Of a DNA stretch of 35,779 nt, positions 1 through 12,000 are shown piece by piece (position 1 is the stretch's first letter; the number at the start of each line of letters is the position of its first letter). This stretch comes from Nemertoderma westbladi (Eukaryota; Animalia; Xenacoelomorpha), in assembly GCA_032718475.1 (NCBI GenBank), contig JAUCBJ010004668.1:1-35779 (forward strand). Direction: 5' to 3'. Below the pieces are notes generated by a model, which saw only the letters and a list, made by a program, of their open reading frames with translations, did no database searches and was not told the origin of the DNA. The translations under genes and the position numbers were made by a program.

Positions 1-794
1 CTTGTATCCAGACAAGTTGTATCCATTTTTCCTTTCTTAGCTCAGAAAGTGATCTTTTGCATCCCGATTTTACATTTTATATCCAAGTTTTATTTATGGG
101 TTTTATCAATGCAATTACATCGTATTGTTTGCTAATCTTTAAACAACTAATTAGAAGACCTATAAATTCCATCCCCCGAATGATATACTGTTTTTTTTAC
201 TATAGAATTATAATAATTGATTGTTTTAATTATAAAAATGTTTTCTTCAAATTGTAGCAGATGGGGATGAATATTGAATATTATTGATGCAATCAAAATT
301 ATACCTCACCAGGGTAAAATCGACATGCGTCGACATGTATATTCTGTGTTCAGCATTACTTATTGATATACATATTACTATACATACTATATAGATATTA
401 TACACACTCCATATTAAATTTCCTGGTTACTTGCAATATTTTTAATAGGATTTTGTTGAATTATATAATATTGTGTAGTAATTTATATATTAATTTGGTT
501 AACATTCAATACAGGTCCTACTTTTAGGCTTAGTCAAATTATTATCTGATGATACAAACATGAATTAATTATTTCAAAATTGTCATAAGACTTTCACCAC
601 GCGGGCATGCAGGTAAATGCCACGGTTTGGGGGCGGTAGCACCAAATAAAAAGAAAAACAATCAAAATTTTTTGACTATAAAAATGTTTATTTTATAATT
701 TTGAAAAAACTTGACTAGATACAATTTGTCCTGTAACCATCTTTAACTTTTGTTTATTGCTTTGATGCACCCAGATTAATTGTAACACTTTAAC

Positions 795-870
795 TGGGGG
801 GAAGTGTCCTACTTCGGCGGGAGGCAAGTGTCCGGGGGGGGGGGGTGTCCGGGGAAGTGTCCTAGATCCC
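795..870. repeat. Short aagtgtcc repeats with G tract; possibly one end of a DNA transposon
   Basis: ggggaagtgtcc, caagtgtcc, gtgtcc and ggggaagtgtcctagatcc. No matching other end found. Confidence 0.3.
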
Positions 871-1186
871 TGCAATCCCATCACGGCGAGTGAATATCTC
901 GTCTTAGTCACTTAGTGGTAAATATTATCAATTAAGGGAACGGACCAGGTTACAGTAGCATGATATTGTCGATATTCTATTCAAAATAACAAACAATAAA
1001 ATCCAAACACCCCCCCCTTTATGCTTTAAAGACTTCAGTTTCCCGGCTGTCCCAATTAATACATGTAATATTTAGTAGTACATCCAATATGCTATCCAAA
1101 ATATAGCGCAGCCTCTTTTCACTTTTTTAGAAACAAAATGAAAATAAGGCACGTTTAGTGTATAGAGTATACCACTCAGCTAGTGT

Positions 1187-1832
1187 CCCTTTGCATACCG
1201 TGGCACACCCGTATGAGCCACACAACCTACCCTCCCGTGGCGCACCCGTATGAGCCATGATATTATATTATGTTCTATGGTTTCCTACGTATGACTGGGA
1301 TGCCAGATAAGTGTTACTATGCTCCCATTAGGTATTTGAGACAAGTAAAATGAGTATCCCTATACTCAGCAGCTGCCTGACAGTCCCTACCAATAGTGAA
1401 AGATGTCATGCATTTCTGTATAATTTAGTAGCACTGCAGTTGAAGAATGTATAGTCTAACTAACTGTACAGCAGTAGTATACACTAATAAATAGCGCCAA
1501 CTGCAGCATTTCACGGTTTATTATGCTTGATTAGTAAATTTGACAATCATGATGCCTGTATTTCACTAGTTATAACTCTGTCACTATCAGTACTCGTATC
1601 ATTTAAAAGCCTCGTTGTGCTCGTCCTGTTATTCTGGTGGCCAAATTAGATAGCCTGGAAAATGTCTATTTTACTTCTGATCAAATTGATATTCTAATCT
1701 TGGTAATTTAAGGCTGACATTTCTCGTTTTATTGATGGCTCACCCGTATGAGCCACGGTCCAGGGTGGACATCAAAAGGACTGGTCCACCAGTCATATGC
1801 AATATGATCTTCTGCGGTATGGAAATGGTTAA
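1187..1832. mobile_element. Possible piggyBac-like MITE
   Basis: Imperfect TIR ccctttgcataccg / cggtatggaaatgg, followed by TTAA on the right only. Subterminal hairpin repeat tggc.cacccgtatgagcca occurs twice on the left (about 1201, 1238) and once on the right (about 1736). Confidence 0.5.
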
Positions 1833-2734
1833 AATTGTAACTCCGCATCAAGTTATTAACTTCCATTCCTATAAATTCACTATAAACATTGTTCTAATGA
1901 TATAGCCTACATCACATCATAGATCAGTAGATGGTAAGAAAGATGTGACAGTTTTGTGTGAAACAGTGTCACTTTTACTCCCTATACACTAATTCTGTTT
2001 GTAATGCATTAATTATAATATCCATTATATATTTCATCTCGGCAAGAGTTTTAAGAGTTTTCAATATATTTTGCTCTGACAGATGGCTGCTTGCTCTACT
2101 GTTGTACCGAGGTACCTCAGTTGATTATTCTTGTTGCCTTCCAATGACTCTGTTATTCCCAGCGGTTTCAAGGTAAACCCAATTGGTTTACCTTGTCAAC
2201 CCTAGTTTTTTATTCATTAAGCGATAAGCCGCTGTGTTCGGGATTTTCTTTGAGGCTTTGAATTTATTCTGAATTTATTATCTCGTTTCTGCGTCATTAG
2301 CGAAATGGTTGACTTGTTATATAGGGGGGTGTTGGGGGGGGGGGGGGGGGGGGGGGTGTAGTTGGTGTGATACTTAGGAAAACCTGAGAGCTGTAAAGAG
2401 GAAATTGGTTTTAATGATTGTTGTTTTAGCATGTATGTATATGTAGATTGTGAAGTGTGTCGATTGTTCAAGGATATTAATTAGGTTTCCTGTATGATTG
2501 CCGTTTTGACTATAAGCCGAACCTGATTGCAAATATTTGCTAGCTAATGTTGGGGCGAGCCATTGATTGATATCAATTATTACAATGTAAGAATCAGAAG
2601 GAATGATTTTAATGGGAATATTTTCCATTATTATGTGTGTTGCTGGAATGCGACAATATATCCTTGTGGTGTGCCGATATTGCATTGTGTATTGATTATT
2701 GTTTATGTTTAACGAATGTTTTTATATTGAATTT

Positions 2735-3013
2735 GCGCCCATGTGAAGAATACCAGGATTTCACTTTACGGTCGACTTTTTATTGGAATTTTATATATGA
2801 AGATTTTTTATTTTTTTTAATTTATCTTTATTAAGTGTTTTATAGCGCTTATTTCTGTCTTATAACCTGTACATATACTAATTCGTTTATTGTTTTGGTT
2901 AGATTCAGCCCTTCTTTAACCCCTTTTTTTGTGAAATCCTGGTATTCTTCACATGGGGGCAACTGCAAAGTGAAATATAACGGCAGAAAGGGGGTGTATT
3001 CTTCACATGGGCC
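2735..3013. mobile_element. MITE family A, copy 1 (about 278 bp non-autonomous DNA transposon)
   Basis: TIRs gcccatgtgaagaatac / gtattcttcacatgggc. Flanked by direct repeat ttgaattt (2727-2734 and 3014-3021). Colinear with the inverted copy at 6559-6836. Confidence 0.88.
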
Positions 3014-3870
3014 TTGAATTTACCGCTTTTAATATTACAACCTATTGAATGAGGGATATATAACTATGTTGAGTCTGTTTGTTTATTATATATTTTATAT
3101 TTTATTATAAATATGACCTAATTTGTATTAGTTGAAGTTTTTGTGTTAATAAAAAATAAAATTATAGTATATAATCTGAAAAACAGCGTACGTTACGTAC
3201 AGTTAATATATCTCAGACAGGTAGCTAATTAGCAATTAGTTTCATGGGTTGCCACTTGCCTTGAACAAATTCTATTGTGCCACAAGTCAACAGTCCGTAT
3301 GTTACACGCTTACACCGCCTCCAAATTCCAAACATTAATGGCGGACCTTGTACTGTTGTAAAAGTTAATTTGCCCTCGCTGCACTGTGACATCCTTCCTC
3401 TTATGCTCCCCAGTCAGCTTCAGTAACTCTTTATCTTTACAGTAAACCGTGTTACTTAATTGGTTAATGCTGGGTCCCGTAATTAGGTTCGACTGTTGTA
3501 CAGCATCAGTGCTACCGGTACATACATGGAACACAAATCTATTAGATTGGAGGCAGGATGTTGGGGAAATAGCCTAGCTAAAGAATGAATCAACTTATCT
3601 TGGAGCATGTGCGTGTGTGTGTGTGTTGTGTGGGTGTAGGAAGGGGGGGGGGGGGGGGGGGGGGGGGGGTATTTCTTCCTAAGGTAAGGATGAGCTGGAT
3701 ATAATTATACTTCCTTACATAGAATACAGTTGCTTTTCAAGGAATAATCTGGAATCGTATTGCACTGGATTAGCAGATTATCCTCACCACAATAAGTTTA
3801 TTCTTGATCTTGGTTATAATATATTTTTTAATGTATCAAAATACGAATAGCGTGCTATATAAATTAGCAG

Positions 3871-4046
3871 ACCAGGTTTTTTCTTTTTGGTCAACATTTT
3901 ATTGGAATTTTATATTTGAAAATTGTTATTTTAATTTTTCCTTATTAAGTGTTTTATAGAGCTTATGACTATCTAATAACCGCGACAGATAGCCTAGTAA
4001 TTATTTTATTGTTTTGGTTAGATCGACGGATTCAACCCGTCTGTAA
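3871..4046. mobile_element. Degenerate internal fragment of MITE family A
   Basis: Shares tttttattggaatttt, ttattaagtgttttatag and ttattgttttggttagat with 2750-2910, in the same order. No intact TIRs. Confidence 0.7.
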
Positions 4047-4195
4047 ATTTGGTAAGCCTATATTTAACATGGAGTCTTCCAGAGCATCCAAAGGTGTCAG
4101 ATTGGTTAGGCCTAATGTTGAATTGATTCGTTTTATCCTTAATATCGTGTCTGATGTCATATAACACTTTATCTTCATTAATTAATAATTGTAAT

Positions 4196-4560
4196 GTGGG
4201 GCGAGCCACGAAGTGAGCGAAGCCTTAGCATATGGGTACCATTAACGAGTTGTCTGTCGTCGTCGTAAATTTTTGATCGCTAATAACTCGGATATTCCTT
4301 GATGAAATTAAACGAAACTTGGTACGTATGTAGTCCGGCAAAAGTTTAGAAAGAATCTCAAGTTTGGTCAAAAACGAACGAACGCAACGAGTTTACAGTG
4401 GATACGAGTATCCATCTGCCATAAATCAGCAGTTACTCTCACAGTTTCGAGACTTTGCACAGTTATAAAGGTCGTTAGTCTCCGTTTAGGGAAATTATTT
4501 TTAAGACAAAACAGGACGAGCGCAACGAGGCTAATGAAGGAGAAGAGTATTGTAAAACTA
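4196..4560 (+). mobile_element. Family B related element (partial)
   Basis: Starts gtggggcgagccacg. Carries gagttgtctgtcgtcgtc, ttccttgatgaaattaaac.aaacttggtac and tttagaaagaatct...tttggtcaaaaa, shared with 10294-10660. Right end approximate. Confidence 0.65.
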
Positions 4561-5309
4561 AAAATGTCATACTTAACTTAAATAGCCCATAGTTAGAAGG
4601 TTTACAAATGACAGTTAAAGTGTGTAAGGGCAAACTGAAATGGATCTCTGTTTTTACAACTAGTTTATCACAAACCTATAGCATCGTCTTTACTCATATA
4701 TATTTTAGGGTATATCTAATAGAGATTAGTATAATGTACTTTCTAATTCTAACGTGTTTTATATGCATGATTTCTACCTCTCTGAATACCGGTACTCTAG
4801 TTTATGCTGCTTCCCTGACAACTATTCTGGTAAGTTTTTAGTTTGAATTTGTGTTTGTATTCTATCATGTATGATATGATATGGCATGGCATGGCATATG
4901 GGTGTACTTTGCTTTCGTCTTGTAATTAAATAAATATATAAAGAAATTGCCATATGTCATTGTAATTTCAATTTAGTAGATTTAGCTTGAAACTAATAAA
5001 ATATACTAAGCCTCAGTCCCAGCCTCTCAAACATAGAACATCTGGAACCGGTGCCATGTAATTAATTATATTATTAATAGTTCTTCCTCAATAAATATTA
5101 CAGCATTATATAGGCAGAGTAGACTATATTAATTTAGACCACCGGTATATATTTTTATATCAATTTGTAGACTGGTAGATGATATCCTACTGTTTTGTTT
5201 ATCAATAAAATTATTAAATTATATTTATATATTATGAGTATTTATTTAATTAAGTAAATATATTAATTCTTTCTTATTGAACAAGCTATTGCTCATTAAA
5301 TTTCTCGCT

Positions 5310-6056
5310 ATGATTTCCTTAAACTTTTACACCTATTTCATCATTCTCACTATAATGACGTCATCCCTTATGGCCATACTTCCGCCGGATGTGATTCCTA
5401 ACAGCCCAAGTCTCCCTTTAAACTCCCCATTTAACTCAGTCCAGGTCTGGACCCCGCCCCAGAATCACTGGTATGTAAAAGACAAGTCAAAACTATCCCC
5501 AAAACTCCATGACGTCATAGTGACTTCCGGCGGAACACACTTAGTTATATCAGCTAGGAACCACGTTTTTCTATTGGCTACAAACAATATACGGGATATA
5601 GGAAAGGGTCTCCAGTGGCCATCAGATACGTGCGACCAAGAAATCTGCGAGAATTACATCAGATTGTTATTATTTCGCCCAGATGGCTTATTACTCACTT
5701 GTGGAACTAACGGTGAAGTCCCTAAATGTAAACTATTCGATTTAAACCCCGCAGTGCCAACTTTCGCTTTAATCTCTCAGATGAAGGGCCGTATATTCAT
5801 ACCGGATTCCCCTTATGGGACTTCCAACACGGGTGTTTACAACTCCGCTGGACAGCTCTTCACCGCTTCCACTCACGGCCGCGGGACCCTACGCACCCGG
5901 ATGGTTCTACGAACTAGTTTCCCTGTTCGGAGCCCCGAGCCCCCAGACCTACGCGAGGGCGCCAACTATACATTTGTTCATGCCTTCGGACAGTTTAATT
6001 TATTCCATAAAGAACAGTCAGTCTTCGTTAAACAATTCCTGCTTGGCCAATACCAG
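5310..6056 (+). CDS. Semaphorin exon 1: signal peptide and N-terminal Sema domain
   Basis: ATG at 5310 begins hydrophobic MISLNFYTYFIILTIMTSSLMA. Contains HLVISARNHVFLL, CENYIRLL, TCGTNG. Donor CAG|gtgggt at 6056/6057 (phase 0). The start codon could instead be a nearby downstream ATG. Confidence 0.85.
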
Positions 6057-9000
6057 GTGGGTGTAGTTTTATTATTAATGTTAATATTAGTAGCCTACAA
6101 AATTAGGGATGTACCGGTACATGTAAGGAAATTTACTAAACATTTTACCCGGAAAATTCCTACTTTATTAATTAATTATATATATAAAGTTTACTTTTAA
6201 TATTAAATATTTACAGAAATATCCTCTTATTAATAATTGCATAAAATAGTAATAGTAAGATTTGAAATAATATTGTGATTGTGACAAGTTGTGTTTTGTC
6301 AATTTCTTTATTACTAATTTTGTTTATGTTTATATTGAACGTAATTTCGGAAATTAATACTTTATACACATTCTGAAAAGAAAACAAACAGGAAAACACA
6401 AGAAGAGTAAACATTAGAAACAATGATTCTGCTTTTAGTGGTGTTGAGGTGGTTCGGTGTCTTGGATCTCATAGTGGTAATTACGGGTGAAGTACCGGTA
6501 TACTTTCTGAAAATTTTAGGAAATTTCCTTGAGAAACATATTTCCGGAAAACTCACATGGCCCATGTGAAGAATACCAGGTTTTCTGCCGTTATATTTCA
6601 CTTTGCGGTTACTCCCATGTGAAGAATACCAGGTTTTCACCAAAAACACAGGTTACAGAAGGGCTGAATCTAACCAAAACAATAAACGAATTAGTATATG
6701 TACAGGTTATAAGACAGAAATGAGCACTATAAAACACTTAATAAAGATAAATAAAAAAAAATAAGAAATATTTATCTATAAAATCCCAATAAAAAGTCGA
6801 CCGAAAAGTGAAAACCCGGTATTCTTCACATTGGCGACTCACATCCCTAAACAAAATACTTAAAAATGTTGGATATTACTAGTTAACGTATAAAAAATAG
6901 AAATAGCATGCACTGTTTGCTGTGGAAGGACACAATCTAACTACTGTACATGTACACCCATATATTATTGCAGTACATCATCTACCGTGAACCGGGTGCC
7001 GTCTACGAATCCAAATCCTCGCGTATTTACTCCCGTATCGCGCGATCCTGCCAGAACGACGTTAAATCCTCCCACGACGAGGCTGATTGGTTCACCTCCT
7101 TCCTGAAGGCGGACCTCTCGTGTCGTCCGGACCCCTCGAGTTTCCGGGAACAGTTTGTCTTCGATTACGTCACTTCCGCTGAGGTTGTGGGTTCCGGTTC
7201 TAATATATTACTTTACGCATCCTTCACAACTCCTCAATCAGGTGAGTTTATATTGGTTATTTTACTCGAAACATCAAAAGTTATCATTTTTTCTAATTTA
7301 TATGGAGTAAAAGTGAAGAATATGAGGCACTGTGCCGCCTGGTCATGGATTCCAGTGCTCCAGACTCGGGATGATCACTCCCGGTGCTCATCTTAGTGCC
7401 TCATTATCTCCACTTTTATAATGATCAACTTCTGTTACTCAGAACGAACTTATATTTAGCCTATATGAACGGTAATGTTCGATTTAGTGGGTCAAGATAC
7501 AGACGCCGACGGAGAGGCGTGGAGGTTTGTCAGTGATCAGATCATATCATATTAGCACGATCAGTGCATGTCCACTGTCAGAATGCAATATCTTTATCAA
7601 TGGATGAGACATGGGGAGAAGGCATTCCCTATATAGCTAAAACATTTCTTTCCTATGGTACTATAGATCCACTATGCGCTACTTAAGGTCGTAAAACAGC
7701 GTTGTTAATGTTGAAAATATCCATTTTTATTTTATCTGTAAATTGGGTGTCTTCCTGCCAACCAATAATACTCGACATTATGTGATCTTCATAGAATGAG
7801 CTAGGCACATCAGTTAACACTTTACCCCTTTTCTTATCAAGAATTTCCATTTTCTCCTTTAAAATAGATTTGTATTTACGAGCTATGCCGAGCTATTTAT
7901 GTACCATATGTAGTGCTTTTGTGACTCGGAAATAAACTGAAATTCCAAAAAACTGCATTGCACATAATATTTGTTGTGATTGATAAACCTGCTAACTCTT
8001 CTAACGGCTGTCACTCTGCCCTATGTGGACTCTGTCCAGTTCTCTACCTACCTTGGCAGTTACTTAATATTGCCATTTTAATGGGCATTAAAATATATAT
8101 AGCGGCTCTAATAAGACATTATCAAAGCATTTATCCCAGATAATTATAACTTTCCTGTGTTTGATGATCGAATTAAATCGACTATTTTAGTAAGCGATAC
8201 CGCTTATATCTCCGGCTATACTCCAATATATCTTGTTTACTGTTGAATAATATCGTGTTTCCTCTACAAACACTCAGTCCCCAAACAACTCTATAAGTTC
8301 ATGTTTACACGGGAAGTTACTTGGTTTACTAGTGGGGGGGTTTTCAAAGAACACATTAATTTACGGTTTATTGTTTACATAACTTTCGGCATTTATGGTT
8401 TTTCCTGACGGATAAACGAAGAGATTTATGTTCGCTAACCTCTATTTGTCTTTTGTGTACAGTATACAGGAAGAGGGACAGGATATTGATATTATTATAT
8501 GGCATTTTATTAAAAATTGGAAATATTATGATAAATTAGTAGTTAAAACGTAATGAAAGTAATGGTAATGTATAACTATTACTTTATATGACCGGTGACT
8601 TTTTACGGTAAGTTTTACTTTATATGACCGGTTACTTTCTACGGCGGGCGAGTATCTATTGGTGTCCATAGAACACAGTGCCCCCCCCCCCCCCGGGTAT
8701 TCTGCAATGTTCCCATTAACTCTGGGAATTCTAAAATATGGAATTCTAACAATACTTTGTCAGGGGGAAAAGTAGAGCCATTGCCGGACTCACCCCCAGG
8801 ACAAATGCCAGCAACAATTGATTAATTACCCTTTACTTTACTAACCTGCATAATCTTTTAGCACGTGTTAACTTTCGTTTATTGTTTTGGTTCCTTCAAC
8901 TCGCTGTAAGTAACCTGCTCCTATATTAACCTGCCTATGTGCCTACACCACTGTACAAGTGCATTGGTGTTGAATTTGGAAGTTATACCAGGAAAAAATG

Positions 9001-12000
9001 AGTTTACCTTACAGGTTACACTTATTGTGTTTATTTATTGTTACTAGGTTACAGGTTACACGTATTGTGTTTATTTACTGTTACTAGGTTACAGGTTACA
9101 CTTATTGTGTTTATTTACTGTTACTAGGTTGCAGGTTACACTTATTGTGTTTATTTACTGTTACTAGGTTACAGGTTACACTTATTGTGTTTATTTACTG
9201 TTACTAGGTTACAGGTTACACTTATTGTGTTTATTTACTGTTACTAGGTATCCCCGGTTCCAGTGTCTGTGTTTATAAACTCGCAGACATCGATAAAGTA
9301 TTCGACACGGGTAATTTCTTTGACGAGTCCCTCGATTTGAACCCGTTCTCTAAGGTACCCCAACCCCGACCGGGACTCTGTGTGTCTGGTGAAGGAATCC
9401 CGGAGACCATCGCGTTAGTTCGGTTAGATTAGTTAGAGGTTGAGCTGCTAGTTCTACGTCCCTTTGAAATTCAGTTAACTATAAATCCAATTGTGAATTT
9501 CAGGTTATTATTTAAACAGGTCATTTGCTTTCATTTTTATCTCCACAGATATGTTACACTGTTATTCCTATTAGTGCAGTTCACTCTAGTAGGTTTGGTG
9601 TACAGCGAATGGATTTTAGTTGAATCGGAATATCTTCTGAATGAGTTTTATATTCCTATAGTTTCTTTTCAATAATAATATTATTCAAGCTTTTTTTGAG
9701 GGTGTATATATAAAATGTTACAAAAAAAATAAATGGCTTCAATTCCAGATGCAGATTGCAAAATTATTTCAATCTTTCCAGTTTTGAATTCAGTTTCAGT
9801 TTGCTAAATATTTTCAATATTATAAAATTTTTATTTCAGTATTGTTGTTCACTAGGTTGAGCTACACAGTATATGGTTCTTCTGTAGCATATAAATTATA
9901 TTATTTTTATTAGTTATATAGGAGTTCGATTAGTTGGGAAGCGAGTTAGATGAGTCTGTGTTTAATTGGGAGATTTAATGTGTACCGGTAAATTATATGT
10001 TGAATTCGCTACTGGAATATAATAATATGTTAATAAGATTAATATATTCTGTCCCTTAAAGATTCGCCAGGGCGCACCCACTTCTCTCTCCCCCTGTCCC
10101 CCAACTCGGCCCCCCGCTGTTCCTAATGACGCAGACCCGGTATCGCGTCACGCAAATAGCCGTAGGGAACTACGCCGGTCCGCTGCGGATGTGGACCGTA
10201 GTCTACGCGGGTACGAGTCACGGTTGGTTACTCAAGGTCGTCGTCAACCAATCAGGGGGCTTCCATCTGGTCGAGGAAGTTCAGGTAGGTTTCGTGGGGC
10301 GAGGCTTTATCCTAGGGGTAATTAATGAGTTGTCTGTCGTCGTCTGATTTTTATCGCTAATCTTTTCATTCCTTGATGAAAAATTAAACCAAACTTGGTA
10401 CATACGTGGTCCGTCTAATATTTAGAAAGAATCTGAACTTTGGTCAAAAATCAGACAGTTTGTCAGTCGGTACCGGTAGTTTCAGACTTGTGATAAAAAC
10501 CGAAATAAGTCGGACAATCATTGATGAAATTAAACCAAACTTGGTACGTATGCCACGAACAATTATTATATCAATTACAATGTTTGATGACGTTACACCA
10601 AACTCAGTACACATGTATTCTGCCAAAAGATCTAAAATATAATTATACGCGCGTTTCGCCGTTTTTCGTTGAAAAATGGTATTTTATTAGGAAAACTTCC
10701 AATGAAATGAAATATATATTAAATCTTGATTTATATAAAGTATTCTAGAAAAACAATTATTTTCTATGTTGCTACTTTTTTGTAATTATATAATAAATAG
10801 TTAATTAATTAATATTAGTAAATAAGTTTGTCGAGCGATATTTAATTTGGTTTTAATTAAAGGTTATTTAATTTGGTTTTAATTAAAGGTTATTTAATTT
10901 GGTTTTAATTAAAGGTTATTTAATTTGGTTTTAATTAAAGGTTATTTAATTTGGTTTTAATTAAAGGTTATTTAATTTGGTTTTAATTAAAGGTTATTTA
11001 ATTTGGTTTTAATTAAAGGTTATTTAATTTGTGAACATTTATAAAACTTTATGCAGGCGTTCCAGGCGGAATCTGTTACCAGGGTTACACTTACCCAAGA
11101 CTTCGTCTATATGTTGAGCGAGGAATCTGTTGCTAAGTTACCTCGCTGGAATTGCGACCGCGCAGACAGTTGCGCCAAGTGCGTCTCGTTGCGGGACCCA
11201 GACTGCTCGTGGGACGCCTCTAGCGGGAGGTGTGTGCACTGCGAGTCCGCGTGTTCGGATGGCGTCGTACAGGATGTGGAGGGAGGGGACACCAGCTGGG
11301 AAGGGGCGTGTCCCATCGGGTCGCGGGGTCTGTGGCCCTTAGACGAGTTGAGTTGCGTTGCTATGGTCAACGAAATGTCGACAGTGACCGCAGGTTCGTT
11401 GTTATTACTATCATAATGTTTTATACATGGCAAGTAATATTGGACTTTATTTTACAGCAGAGTTACTTTATATGATTTCAAACAAATTACAAATTTTCGG
11501 ATATTCAACATTTTAACTTAACCTATTTGTACTTCGCGATCCCAACGGGATTACATTTTAAATACGAGGCCGTACGATATTCTCACTATAGCCGCCGGTA
11601 GTCAGACTGCAGTCTTAGACGGCACCATCTGGTTGGACTCTGTGATTGGGAGAACTAAGTAATGCGGGTCATATCCTACAAGAGTGAAAAAAAACTTTCG
11701 GGAACTATATAATAAAATATAAAATAATATGTATAATTGCAGCTGAATTGAGAAATCTAACAGCGGCTGAGAACCTTGGTCACCGACATTTGCATCAAGG
11801 ACTACACTTTTTGTTACAGAAAGAACTACAACTTCTGTAACACCATCCGCTACACTTTCTGTTACAGGAAGAGCTACAACTTCTGTAACACCACCCGCTA
11901 CACTTTCTGTTACAGGAAGAGCTACAACTTCTGTAACACCATCCTCTACACTTTCTGTTACAGGAAGAGCTACAACTTCTGTAACACCATCCGCTACACT

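Noticed and set aside
57-4841. Short ORFs upstream of the semaphorin gene, and the alternative-frame ORFs overlapping exons or the LINE
   Set aside because: Low-complexity AT-rich or repeat-derived translations, mostly with non-ATG starts, and no domain motifs.
7725-8330. Protein-like minus-strand stretch in intron 2 (LGIARKYKSILKEKMEILDKKRGK...)
   Set aside because: Only about 54 open codons, several stops upstream and no motif I recognise. A translated search would be needed to call it a decayed coding fragment.
11743-11840. Acceptor ttgcag|CT at 11742/11743 as the start of exon 6
   Set aside because: In phase 1 it reads AELRNLTAAENLGHRHLHQG... to a TAA in the first repeat unit, and phases 0 and 2 stop almost at once. 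It could only give a truncated form. The in-frame GAG acceptor at 11771/11772 is weak.
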